Source: Leucoraja erinacea
Lineage: Eukaryota
Length of the DNA stretch: 64,000 nucleotides
Direction: 5' to 3'
Assembly (NCBI RefSeq): GCF_028641065.1
Contig: NC_073400.1
Span: forward strand, 31,930,001-31,994,000
The position numbers were made by a program, and so were the translations under genes. The notes under the pieces are model-generated. The model was not told the origin of the DNA, ran no database searches, and saw only the letters and a list, made by a program, of their open reading frames with translations. This document shows, in pieces, positions 1 to 11,568 of the stretch. Position 1 is the stretch's first letter. Each line of letters starts with the position of its first letter.

Positions 1-31
1 CGCTGGTGGCACCGTTCAGGAACCCGCAGAT
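1..31 (-). CDS. CHIA: chitinase copy 1 exon 9 (partial, runs off window)
   Basis: gggcag acceptor then [10 protein letters not shown], continuing the YYE-IC motif. Confidence 0.85.
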   Translation of the reverse strand, partial: MCGFLNGATS

Positions 32-3000
32 CTGCCCAGAGACGGAGATGTTAGGGACCAATCTTGTTGAGTTGGAAAAAAATCATCAGAGGAACCGATC
101 AGGTAAACGCAAACGCAGAGACGGCGAATCGAGAACAAGAGGACATGGGTGAGGGAGAAAGATTTAATAGGAATGGTGCTGGCTTGAAGGGCCGAATGGC
201 CTACTCCTGCACTTATTGTCTATTAAATCTGAGGGGTAACCATTTGACTCCAAGGGTGGTGGGTGGTGATAGTGACAAAGGCTGGAGGGGAACAGGAGAC
301 GAAATAGTGTCAGATACTGAGAGGAGAGGGGAAGAGAGATGTGCAAAGAGGAAGAAATAGTAGAGAGAGATGTTGAGGAGAAATACATGAAAGAGAAAAA
401 AAGAAAGGAGAGAAAGATATATAAAGAGAGGAAAGAGCGATATGTCCAGAAAGTGGAGGAGAGAGATATAAAGCCGGAGGGAGGGATGTGGTGAGAAGGA
501 GATAGTGGGGAGGGCAAAGATGAAGGGGAGGATAGAAGGGAAATGGGGATCTCTTGAGGAGGGAAACGGAGAACATGGGTGTGCGATGTTTCGGGTGGAG
601 ATCCATCCTCAGGCTGCAGCACCTTGTGTCCATCTATGTTGTGTGTGGTTATTCAGTATTGGATTGGAAGATAACATTGAGTAAAGAGCCACGCGGTTGG
701 ATTGGTCGGTAGGTACAGTACCTCATAGTAGGCCAGGAAGCCGGCTTGGCGGGTGAATTTGCCGGCTGGACCAGGGCCTCCTGCTGGGGCACCCACAGCC
801 GTGCTGGACGAGGTCAGTTTGAATGTGTGTCCGTAGGTGGGGAAACCCACATTCAACTTCTCCACTGGAGCCCCCTTGCTCTTCCAGTAGTTCATGGCGT
901 ATTCCTGCAGGGACACAGTTGGCATCAAAGGACTTTAGGCTCATCTTTACGTTTAGGTTTATCACGTGTACCGAGGCACAGTGAAAAGTCTCCAAACAGA
1001 TCAGATAATACCGTACATGAATACAATCAAATCAAACTCGGGTACAATAGGTAGAACAAAGGGGAAGATACAGAGTGTAGAATATAGTTCCCAGCATCGT
1101 AGCGCATCAGTTCCAGAGACAAAGTCCAATGTCCGCAATGGGGTAGAGGTGAATCGGACAGTACCCGAGCTTATGGAAGGGCCGTTCAGAAGCCTGATAG
1201 CAGAGGGGAAGAAGCTGTTCCTGAGTCTGGTGGTGCGCGCTTTCAAGCTTCTGTACCTTTGCTAGACAGGACCAGGGCGGAGGAGAAATGACCGGGGTGG
1301 GACAAGTCTTTGTTCTGTTGGCTGCTTTTCTGAGGAAGCGTGAAGTGTAGATGGAGTTAATGGTGGGGAGTGTGGTCTGTGTGATGGACTGGGCTCCATC
1401 CACAACTCTCTGCAATTTCTTGTGGTCTTGGGCTCAGAGCTGTTCCCAAACCTAGTTGTGATGCAACTCCACAGTCTGCTCCCCATGGTGTATGGAACAG
1501 TTATATGGACTTGACAAAACGGGTTTATTAATTCGGAGAGAGGAGTTGAAAAAGTTGAGCAGGATTTATTTTTCTTGAGCACTTACCACATTGAAGTGGG
1601 TGTTGGTGTAATCCTTGTCATTAGGCAGGGCATAGAGGGGGCTGTTCTCTCCAGTAACGTGGCTCCAGGGACCATAGAAATCGTAGGTCATCACGTTGAA
1701 GAAGTCAACTACCCTGCAAGAGAGGAGACGGGTCACCCTGATACTCCATGCACCAAATTAACATCAGAATGCAGAACAGTACAACACAGGAACAGGCCCT
1801 TCTGCCCACAATGTCCGTGCCAAACATGACGGCAAGATAAACTCATCTCCTCTGTCTACACGTGATCCATATCCCTCCATTCCTTGTATATCTACAAGCC
1901 TCTTAAACACCACTATCGTATCTGCCTCCACCACCACCACCCCTGGCAGCGCGTTCCAGGCACCCACCACTATCTCTGTAAAAAAAAACATGCACATCTC
2001 CTTTAAACTTGAACATGATGCCAAGTCCATCACTTATCTACCTGCATATCACCAACATCCCTCCATGCCTGGCATGATCATGTGCCTATCTAAAGGTTTT
2101 TTAAATGCCATTAACGTAACTGTTTCAACCACCACCCCAGCAGGTTCTGACTGTCTACACTATCTATGCCTTTAGTGATTTTATAAATTTCTATCAAGTC
2201 TCTCCTCAACCTCTGACGTTCCAGAGGAAACAATGTAAATTTGTCGAACCTCTCCCTGTAGCTAATCCCCTCTAATCCAGGCAGCGCTCTGGTAACTCTC
2301 CTCTGAACCGTCTCTAAAGCCTCCACATGCTTCCTGTAATGGAGACGACCAGACCTGCACGCAATGCTCTAAATGCCTCCTGGCTAAAGACCTACAGAGC
2401 TGCAAGTTGGCTTCCTGACTCTCACACTCAATGCCCCGACTGATGAAGGCATTGAATGCATTAGGGTTGTGGATGGATCTCAATCACCGTACTGGAAGCT
2501 CCCACCATTGAAATTGTGGAGCCATGAAAAACTAGTTCAAATACGACGTCAAACTCGCTAAACGCCCACAGGAAAAGTTGGGTTTCTTTGCATGTGGAAG
2601 GACACTCACTGGCTGAGCTGAGGAACCTCGTAGCCAGTATCGATGTTGCTCATCCCACCAGCAACGGCAGCCGAGAGCAGCAGTCGTGGCTTTCCTGCGC
2701 TTTTCCCTTCGGCCTCGAAGGCAGCCATCAGCTCCTGTGGGTCAGAGAGATCGAGGGCTCCTTTAGCAAGAGGTCAAGTCTCGTCTTAGAAAGGGTCCCG
2801 ACCCGAAACATCGCCTATCCTCTTTCCTCAGAGATGCTGCCTGACCCGCTGAGTTACTCCAACACTTTGTGTCAATTTCGATTTTAGTTCAGTTTGGTTT
2901 AGAGATGCAGCTTGGAAACAGGCCCATCGGCCCATCGAGTCCATGCCAATCAGCGATTACCCTTTCACTGTAGTTATATCCTACATACTTGGGACAATTT

Positions 3001-6000
3001 ACTGAAGCCAATTAACCTACAAACCCACACATATTTGGAGTGTGGGAGGAATCAAGAGCACCTGAGGTCACAGGGAGAACGTACAAACTCCGTACAGACA
3101 GCATCCATGGTCAGGATCGATCCCGCGTCTCTGGTGCTGTGGGGCAGCAACTCTACCGCTGCGCCACCGTGTCAACCAAGAGTGGGGAAGAAACCTTTTA
3201 ATCCCCACTCAAAATGGTGCTTGGTTCAAACTTTATTAAATTCTTAATTTCTGAATTCTTAAAATCTTTTGTGAAAATCTGTCCTTGGTGATCTTAACAA
3301 TAAGGTTACATTTATTGGATACATTTTCAAGTCATAGAGTTATGCAGCGTGGAAACAGACTTTTTGACCCAACCTGCCCACACCGACCAATATGTCCCAT
3401 CTACACTAGTCCCACAAAGTGCTGGAGTAACTCAGCGGGTCAGGCAGCATCTGTGGAGAACATGGATAGGTGACGTTTCACAGAGTGCTGGAGAACTCAG
3501 CGGGTCAGGCAGCATCTGTGGAGATAAAGGATAGGTTTGGCCTGCGTTTGGCCCATTTATTTTAAAGAAACTCATAGTGAGATGTACTTGGCCTAACCTG
3601 AGCCAGGACAGTGTAGAGATGCTTGTCAACGGGAGGACTTCCTCGAGATCCAGGATATTCCCAGTCGATGTCCAGACCGTCAAAGCCGTACCCTCTCAGG
3701 AAGGCGATGACTGACTTGATGAAGATTTGCCGAGTTCCTGATGAGGCGACCATCGCGGTGAATCTGCAGGAGGGATGGATGTGGGGAGAGGAGTTAGAAA
3801 TGAAATGTGCCGGAGACACAAGGAACTGTAGTAACGGCCGCTGTACTCAGTGACCCAGTGAATCTGCTGTTATATCCTATCGTGTACAGATTCACCCTCG
3901 CCTTCATTGAATGTTCGTGGTTAAAAAATTACTCCTTTCTCCTGCTATTATCCGAAGTTTCAAGTGAAATTATTATTTCTGAAAATGACATTTAGTTCAG
4001 AGATACGGCGTGGAAACATGCCCTTCGGCCCCCCCAGTCTGCACCGACCAGCGATCCCCGCTCACTAACACTATCCTACACACACAAGGGACAATTTACA
4101 TTTATAACAAGCCAGTTAACCTACAAATTTGTACGTCTTTGGAGTGTGGGAGCAAACTGAAGATCTTTAAGAAAACCCAGGAGGTCACAGGGAGAACGTA
4201 CAAACTCCGTACAGACAGCACCCGTAGTCAGGATCGAACCTGGGTCTCTGGTGCTGTAAGCGCAATAAGGCAGCAACTCTACCGCTGTGCCACACACTAT
4301 TGAAAGGATTCTTTCGTAAAATTACAATTATTTTACTTTTTGGCAAGCAATATCCTATATTGTTCAAATTACAATTTGCAAACTGCTCTGTTTAATAATA
4401 CTCCTGAAACAGTTCACTGCAAACTTATCCCCTCGATATTTATCTCTGTGTATATCATTACAGGATGTTTAGCCACTAAAAAACTGAAATAGGCAGGCAA
4501 AAAGGCATAATAAAACTACAAAGAAGGCACGTAAAAGGCATTTATTGACATAAAAAGGCATGTATTTCCACCACCAAAATATGGTTAAAAATGATAATAT
4601 AAAGTTATAGTACATTAAATGACCAAAGTTGCCTGGTTGCACATAATTACTAGCATTTTTTCAAATTATCTGGTGTTAAACTATGCCGTCTGTCAGACAG
4701 AATATTCTTCAGTTGTGAAAAACTTATTTGTACCCCAGCTGAGGTCACTGGTGCATACCAGAAACAAGCTACAGACTCTATTTTCACGTCGATACCTTGT
4801 GCATTACAATTACCTTTGAGAACTTTAGCTATGTTTTGTATTTCTTCATGATCTTTGTTAGCTAAAATCACTCTCTCATAATTTCCTTGTATGTCTTTAC
4901 CTACATCGCCACATTTACGAATATCGTCAGTTACTTTGTGGAAAACCTGCAAGTTATTCACTAACGTTTCACCACCTTTCTCAAGGGAAGTGGTAGCTTG
5001 TGGGAAGTTTGCAAAATTGGAAGCAATGAATAGATGTTGGGGAAGACTGAACCAGCGGGCAGCGGCATGAAGGACAGTGGCGCCCCCAGTTTCATCCCGG
5101 AGGTGAAAATCTTCTTGTAATTTATACTATGTTAACACTTTAATAATAACATTAATATTAACGTGTTAATATAGAAAATGTTATTGTAATCATGGTACTA
5201 GACAAAATTGCATGACCTTTTAGCAAAACAGCAAAGAAAAGGCTGATTTAGCCACTAGATCGTGAAAAAGGCATCTTGGTAAAATCATCAAAAAAAGCAT
5301 GAAACGGCACATGCCATTTATGTCAAAATTACCAAACACACCCACTGTTTACGTTGGGCACATCGAACTGCAGGTGCTGGTTTACAAAAAGAAAAGACAC
5401 AAAGTGCTGGAGTAAAACAGAGGGTCAGGCAGCATCTCTAGAGAACATGGATAGGTGACGATTCTGGTCAAGATCCTTCTTCAGGCTGAGTTACTGAGGA
5501 GTTACTCCAGCACTTTGTGTCTTTCAATATTAATTCCATATCACAGTCAATTGGAAAATAACTTTTTTTAATCTAATGCTAATGTAAAAGTTTCCATCTT
5601 ACTTCTGGGTGCCAAAGTTCCAGCCTCCAATGGACAGCAGAGTCTTGAGGTTTGAATTCCTTAAAAAAAATAGACAAAATGTGGTTTTAGAATGATGTTT
5701 AGAACAACAAAACATTTTCAGAACTGCTCAGGAACTTCTGGATCTTCTGTTTTTTTTCGCCCCTTTGGTGTTACGTTTAGTTGAGGGGATTTGCCTTAGT
5801 CTGGATCTCAAGGGGGTCACAGAAAATGAGGTGCAAGTTTATGCAACAAGGCTTCATAAGCAATGGGCCAGTCTCACTATGTGGGCTGAAGGGCCTATTT
5901 CCTCAATCTATGACAATGATTCTGTTGGCCTGTCCAATAGCTTTCTCCTGAATATCCCCCTAAACCAAGTCACCTTTCAGACAGGGGAGGTGGATGAGAT

Positions 6001-9000
6001 GAGAAAACCTTCAACAAATGGATGTGTAACAGGGTCATGTCAAAGACCCTGCTGACCATTGATCACCCGTTCACACCAGTGCTATTTCATCCCACTTTCT
6101 CATCCACTCCCTATGCACTTGGGGCAAATTGTAGAGGCCAATTCATCTAGAAACCCTTTGGAATGTGGGAGAAAACCGGTAATCCAGAGAAAATCCTCAC
6201 TGTCTTATGGCAAACGTGCAAACTCCACACAAACAGTGCCCGAGGTCAGGAACGAACCCAGGTCTCTGGCGCAGTGAGGCAGTGGCTCTACCCGCTGCGA
6301 CACTGTGCCACCCAGTACATACAGCAGGTGGATTCTTGCCACATACGCTTCCAAACGACTTGTTCACTTAGATCGACCATTTCGAAGAGTGAAATGGAAT
6401 GTTCATTAAACACTGGATGTCCCTTCGCTTGCAGCAAGCACCAGGGAATATTCGTGTTAACCCAATATTAACCCAATCAGACCCAAATCAGCAGGGTTCC
6501 TCTCCACCCATTTGTCTCCACCAAGCTGTCTCTGAGAAGTTAGGCATCACCTTGGTACTTAAAGTCTAAATAACCTATACGGTGGGCTTATCCCACTGAA
6601 CCATCCTCTCACCAACTAGAGAGCAGCCCTGGCCTCCCATCTACCTCATTGGAGACCCTCGGACTATATTTAATCAGACGTCATTGGACTTTATCTTGCA
6701 CTAAACATTATACCCTTGATCCTGTGTCTGTACAGTGTGGACGGCCTGATTGTAACCATGTACAGTCTTTCCGCCGACTAGTCAGCACGCAACAAAAAGC
6801 TTTTTGTTGTACCATGGTACACGTGACAATAATAAACTAAACTAAATTAACTGTGGAATATGGGTTATGGAATATGGATTTGGGGAATATCCAATACAGT
6901 GACTGGTTAGCAAGCAACAAAAACGTTTCACTGTATCAGTACAGGTGACAATGAACTAAACTGGACAATGTAAACATCGCAACATTGCCCGGCATTTGAG
7001 AAACAAGGTTAAGCCCGTCCCACTTTCCCAAGTTACTCACGAATTCTCCCGAGTTTTCCCCTTGATTCAAACTCGGAGATGCCAGCCGTTGGTATTTGGG
7101 GATATTTTTGTTTACTCGTGGACATTTTTCAACATGCTGAAGAAACGTCCCGACTTACCTGATGCCCCGGGTACCTACGGCTCTACGGACTCGCTACGGA
7201 CATTGTCTGAGTTTGAATCAACGGGGCAAACTCGGGAGAATTCGTGAGTAACTCGGGAAAGTGGGACAGAGGCGTTAGTATTTATTCAGCAACTGTACTT
7301 GTTCTTCAGGCTGTTGATCTCCTGGTAGAGTTTTGGGTCGTTCCATTCGTAGGTGGCGATCTGATTGCTCTTCATTCCAGCGAAGGCGTAGATGATGTGC
7401 GTGCAGAGGCAAGGGTCCACGCTCTGGGGCATGTATTTACCCTCTCCTGGTCTGTACTGTGCCCAGTTGGTGAAGTAACACACCAGCCTGTAGGCAGAGC
7501 CTGGGCAAGGGAGAGACAGGGTGGTCAGGACAATGTGTCTGTGGCAATCACACAAAGCAAAGCAAAGCAAGGCTGCAAATGCACAAAGACTCACCCAGTT
7601 GCAGGCAGGCCAGTAAAACCACCGCTGGAACAGAAAACAGAGAACAGCGTGTTAGGATTATGACAAACCGTAATAAACCAGGTGTTACGGGGAGAAGACA
7701 GGAGAATGGGGTTGAGAGAGAAAGGTAGATCAGCCATGATTGTGTGGCTAGAGTGCACTTGATGGGCCGAATGGCCTAATTCTGCTCCTAGCACGTATGA
7801 AATTATGAAACCTTGGCTGTATTACGGTCTCTACACAATGACACTGTTATGTAAGTGGTTGGGAAACTATGAAGATCTATCTTGTGGGCGGCACAGTGGA
7901 GCAGTGGCAGAGTTGCTGCCTCACAGCGCCAGAGACCCAGGTTCGATCTTGACTATGGGTGTTGAACGTGTGTGGAATTTGTACATCAACCCTGTTATGC
8001 TTACTATTAGAAACATAGAAACATAGAAATTAGGTGCAGGAGTAGGCCATTCGGCCCTTCGAGCCTGCACCGCCATTCAATATGATCATGGCTGATCATC
8101 CAACTCAGTATCCCGTACCTGCCTTCTCTCCATACTCCCTGATCCCCTTAGCCACAAGGGCCACATCTAACTCCCTCTTAAATATAGCCAATGAACTGGC
8201 CTCAACTACCTTCTGTGGCAGAGAGTTCCAGAGATTCACCACTCTCTGTGTGAAAAAAGTTCTTCTCATCTCGGTTTTAAAGGATTTCCCCCTTATCCTT
8301 AATATTCTAGTATAAATTTGATTGTTCTGTTTCTGGTACATATGACAATAACACTCTTAACTCCCTCCCCCTGTGACCAAGTGGGTTTTCTCCAGTAGCT
8401 CTGGTTTCCTCCCAAATCCCAAAGATGTGAAGGATTGAAGGTTAATTGTCCCTCTGTAAAATTGCTCCTCGTGTGGAGGGAGTCGTTGCATAAGTGGGAT
8501 AACATGGGAATAGTGTGAAAGGCTGAACAATGGTCGGCATGAACTCTGTGGGCCGAAGGGCCTTGTTTCCATACTGTATCTCTAAACTAAACCTTTCCTA
8601 TCCATGTACTCATCCAAATATCTGTTAAATGTTATTATACTTGCCTCATCTGCCTCCTCTGGCAGATCGTTCCATATACTCACCACCCTCTGGGCAACAG
8701 GTTAGAGTCATAGTCACACAGCGCAGAAACAGGCCCTTTGGCCCAATTTGTCCATGCTGACCAAGATGCCCCATCTAAGCCTGTCCCAGTGGCCCCTGGA
8801 TTCACCTTTAAAGCTTTACCCTCTCACATTCAGTGTCAATGCCCTGTAGTTTTAGACTCCCCTTCCCTGGAGATAGGCAGAGACCATCCTTCATATCTCT
8901 GCCCCTCATGATTTTCTAAATGTCTCTGAAGATTTTCACAGAGAGCTGGAGTAATTCAGCAGGTCAGACAACTTCTCCGGAGAGAAGGAATGGGTGACGT

Positions 9001-9848
9001 TTCGGGTCCGTTGGAAAATACAAAATATTAAGAAACTACAAACTGCAGAAGTTGATTTACACCAAAGATAGACACAGAGTGCTGGAGTATCACAGCGGGT
9101 CAGGCAGCATCTGTGGAGAACATGGATAGGTGACGTTTCACAGAGTGCTGGAGTAACTCAGCGGGTCAGGCAGCATTTATGGAGCTAAGGAAATAGGCAA
9201 CGTTTCGGGTCGAAACCCTTCCGGGTTTCGGCCCGAAACGTTGCCTATTTCCAGAAGGGTTTCTGCCCAAAACGTTGCCTATTTCCTTAGCTCCATAGAT
9301 GCTGCTGCACCATAACTCAGTGGGCCAGGCAGCATCTGTGGAGAACATGGATTGGTGTCGTGACACAGAGTGCTGGAGTAACTCAGCGGGTCAGGCAGCA
9401 TCTGTGGAGAAAATGGATAGGTGACGTTTCACAGAGTGCTGGAGTAACTCAGCGGGTCAGGCAGCATCTGTGGAGAACATGGATAGGTGACGTTTCACAG
9501 AGTGCTGGAGTATCACAGCGGGTCAGGCAGCATCTGTGGAGAACATGGATAGGTGACATTTCACAAAGTGCTGGAGTAACTCAGCGGGTCAGGCAGCATC
9601 TGTGGAGAACATGGATAGGTGACGTTTCACAAAGTGCTGGAGTATCACAGCGGGTCAGGCAGCATCTCTGGAGATTAAGGTTAGATAGAGTCGAGACCAT
9701 TCAGACACCTTATAATAAAACGTGAGAAACAATTTAACCTGTTCTCATCAATTAATGTCTAAACCTGATTCTTTGAAAAAGTATTCCAATATCAAAAGGA
9801 ATTAAACAACAAAAGGTTCTTACCTGTTCCAAGAAGTAGCTTTGCCAT
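1..9848 (-). CDS. CHIA: GH18 chitinase, acidic mammalian chitinase/chitotriosidase-like, copy 1 (3' end outside window)
   Basis: GT-AG exons 9848-9824, 7624-7595, 7500-7299, 5659-5603, 3763-3598, 2734-2610, 1713-1587, 904-722, 31-<1 join in frame: [37 protein letters not shown]...[12 protein letters not shown]...NVMTYDF...[16 protein letters not shown]. Exon sizes 25/30/202/57/166/125 match vertebrate CHIA/CHIT1 structure and the catalytic DxxDxDxE motif is intact. CHIA versus CHIT1 orthology is not resolved. Confidence 0.93.
722..904 (-). CDS. CHIA: chitinase copy 1 exon 8
   Basis: 183 nt, [28 protein letters not shown]...GFLAYYE. Confidence 0.94.
950..1480 (-). mobile_element. Rex1/Babar-type LINE 3' fragment in chitinase intron 7
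   Basis: Degenerate [17 protein letters not shown]...[20 protein letters not shown]. Confidence 0.7.
1587..1713 (-). CDS. CHIA: chitinase copy 1 exon 7
   Basis: 127 nt, [42 protein letters not shown], donor GTAAGT. Confidence 0.93.
1780..2460 (-). mobile_element. CR1-type LINE 3' fragments
   Basis: [25 protein letters not shown]...[21 protein letters not shown]. Confidence 0.7.
2610..2734 (-). CDS. CHIA: chitinase copy 1 exon 6
   Basis: 125 nt, [41 protein letters not shown]. Confidence 0.92.
2880..3172 (-). mobile_element. tRNA-derived SINE (HE1-like); related copies near 3990-4295, 6060-6310, 7889-7960 (+), 15675-16060, 23740-24010 and their duplicates
   Basis: Head ggtggcgcagcggtagagttgctgcc with a B-box-like ggatcgatcc; CR1-like 3' tail ending in (ctaaa)n. 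Confidence 0.65.
3598..3763 (-). CDS. CHIA: chitinase copy 1 exon 5 (catalytic)
   Basis: 166 nt, [44 protein letters not shown]. Confidence 0.95.
4300..5330 (-). mobile_element. degenerate hAT-like DNA transposon relic (second copy about 35800-36820)
   Basis: AT-rich block; ORF 4650-4961 ends [34 protein letters not shown], resembling the hAT C-terminal dimerisation motif PxTSxxxERxFS...RR.L...NL. Confidence 0.55.
5603..5659 (-). CDS. CHIA: chitinase copy 1 exon 4
   Basis: 57 nt, [18 protein letters not shown] (GH18 SxGG motif), donor GTAAGA. Confidence 0.93.
7013..7272. mobile_element. MITE with long terminal inverted repeats (second copy about 38497-38756; related termini at 23566 and 63820)
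   Basis: gtcccactttcccaagttactcacgaattctcccgagttt ... aaactcgggagaattcgtgagtaactcgggaaagtgggac; TTA/TAA-like flanks suggest PIF/Harbinger. Confidence 0.7.
7299..7500 (-). CDS. CHIA: chitinase copy 1 exon 3
   Basis: 202 nt, [42 protein letters not shown]...LKN. Confidence 0.95.
7595..7624 (-). CDS. CHIA: chitinase copy 1 exon 2 (signal peptide [10 protein letters not shown])
   Basis: 30 nt, ttccag acceptor, GTGAGT donor, phase 1/1. Confidence 0.88.
8010..8302 (-). mobile_element. CR1 LINE 3' end with (tttctatg)n tail
   Basis: [38 protein letters not shown]; same family as 24973-26775. Confidence 0.8.
9074..9672. repeat. 66-bp tandem repeat derived from a Penelope-like 3' terminus (expanded copy about 40558-41515)
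   Basis: Unit cacagagtgctggagtaactcagcgggtcaggcagcatctgtggagaacatggataggtgacgttt, with an internal inverted block at about 9168-9310. Confidence 0.85.
9824..9848 (-). CDS. CHIA: chitinase copy 1 coding exon 1 (MAKLLLGT)
   Basis: ATG at 9848, 25 nt, donor GTAAGA; TATA box just upstream. Confidence 0.88.
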
Positions 9849-9883
9849 CTTGTTACTGTTGCTGACTAGACCTGAGCTGCCTC

Positions 9884-10006
9884 TTTTATACAATGAGCTT
9901 ATCACGAACAATAATCCAATGTGTTTGTCGTTCCCTTTATCAGAGTGAAAGGGCAGTCACGATGATCCTCCTGCTATTTACAAAGGGAAAATAATAGTTC
10001 TTATCT
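9884..10006 (-). promoter_or_regulatory. chitinase proximal promoter: TATAAAA plus three GATA sites
   Basis: TATAAAA at 9890-9884; GATAA-type sites at 9898-9903, 9936-9941 and 10000-10005; all retained in copy 2 (TATA 41732-41726). Confidence 0.7.
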
Positions 10007-10109
10007 TGACTTCAATATTTTCTCTTCAATAATACCTCGTCCCCTGTTCAATGTCATTCAGATTGTTCACCTTCATTTTCACCTCTCTGTTTCTGAGCTT
10101 GATTGGAAA

Positions 10110-11190
10110 TGACTTGGAAACGTAGAATCATGGAAAGTAGGCGCAGGAGTAGGGCATTTAGCCAGCACCGCCATTCAATTATGATCATAGCTATTTGTCC
10201 ACAATTAGTACCCTGTTCCTGCTTTCTCCCCATATCCCTTGATTCCATTAGCCCTATGAGCTAACTCTCTCTTGAAAACATCCAGTGAATTGGCCTCCAC
10301 TGCCTTCTGAGGCATAGAATTCCACAGATTCATAACTCTGGGTGAAAATGTTTTTCCTCATTTCAGTCCTAAATGACCTACCCTTTATTCTTAAACTGTG
10401 ACCCGTGGTTCTGGATTCCCCCAACATCGGGGACATTTTTTCTGCATCTTGCCTGTCCAATCCCTTAAGAATTTTGTATGTTTCTGTAAGATCCCCTCTC
10501 ATTCTTCTGAATTCCAGTGAATATCAGCCCAGTCGACCCATTCTTTCATCATATGACAGTCTCGCCATCCCAGGAATTAACCTGGTGAACCTACGCTGCA
10601 TTCCCTCAATAGCAAGAATGCCCTTCCTCAAATTACAAGATCAAAACTGCTGGTGTGGTCTTACCATGGCCCTATACAACTGCAGTAGGACCTCCTTGCC
10701 CCGCTTCACAAATCCTCTCACTATGAAGGCCAACATGCCATTTGCTTTCTTCACTGCCTGCTGTACCTGCATGTTTATTTTTAGTGACTGGTGTACAAGC
10801 ACACCGAGGTCTCATTGCATATTCCCTTTTCCTAATCTGACAACATTCAGATAATAATCTACATTCTCCCCATAAGCTCTGACACCTGTACAAATCAACA
10901 ATCTATCCATCTCTGCATTAAAAATATCCGTCGACTTGGCCTCCACAGACAGCCTTCCATGGGAATGAATTCCACAGATTCACCACATTCTTACTAAAGA
11001 AATTCCTCTTCATCTCCTTCTTAAACGACCACCCTTTAATTCTGAGGCTGTGACCTCTTGTCCGAGACTCCCCCACTAGTGGATTACATGCAGGCTGAAG
11101 AGATTAGTTTAACTTCTTGGCATCATGGTCAACACGGACATTGTGGGCCGAAGGGCCTGTACCTGTGCTGCACTATTCCATGTTCTATGT
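10110..11190 (-). mobile_element. CR1 LINE fragments between the two divergent promoters (copy about 41950-43030)
   Basis: RGDLTETYKILKGLDR, QVQQAVKKANGMLAFI. Confidence 0.75.
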
Positions 11191-11225
11191 TACATCGTCT
11201 TCTCAATTACAGTGGAGCGGGTAGG

Positions 11226-11568
11226 TGACCAGAACGAGACGTGGTGGAGACACAAGCAGGATGTGTGGGGCGCCTGGTTGGCCGCTGGCAGCTGGGATGA
11301 CGTTGTTCTTGTTAAACGTTAACGGCTGATGCAACGACACGTTTGGCAGAGGGTGGAGAGGTCGCGGCTGACTCCGGCCAATGCTCCGTGGGAGGCAGTG
11401 ATTGGTTGAATGTACGTGAGGGCAGACAATGAGGGGCAGGAGAAGCCGGGAGTCGGTATAAAAGGAGCGAGCGATGGCAGGAGATGAGAACAAGACCGAC
11501 CCCGTCACCCTGTGTGGAGACTCCGGAGCTGGTAACCAACCCTGTGGATCCTTCAAGTGTCTGTGAGT
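11226..11568 (+). promoter_or_regulatory. V-gene promoter and non-coding exon 1 (copy A): C/EBP-ATF site, CCAAT, ERSE, TATA
   Basis: TGATGCAAC 11327-11335; CCAAT 11378-11382; CGTGG-N9-ATTGG 11387-11405; TACGTG 11413-11418; TATAAAA 11457-11463; candidate donors GTAACC 11532 and GTGAGT 11563; acceptor ends at 12108. Confidence 0.75.

Noticed and set aside
7889-7960. tRNA gene
   Set aside because: SINE head with A/B-box-like motifs; no complete cloverleaf, and many degenerate copies occur in the window.
9360-9725. Repetitive ORF ([22 protein letters not shown])n or CRISPR-like array
   Set aside because: By-product of a 66-bp tandem unit; no unique spacers, and the DNA is eukaryotic and intronic.
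11474-11566. uORF in V-gene exon 1 (MAGDENKTDPV...) giving ATF4/CHOP-like translational control
   Set aside because: Both ATGs lie at or upstream of the TSS expected about 30 nt from the TATA box; cannot be supported without 5' RACE.
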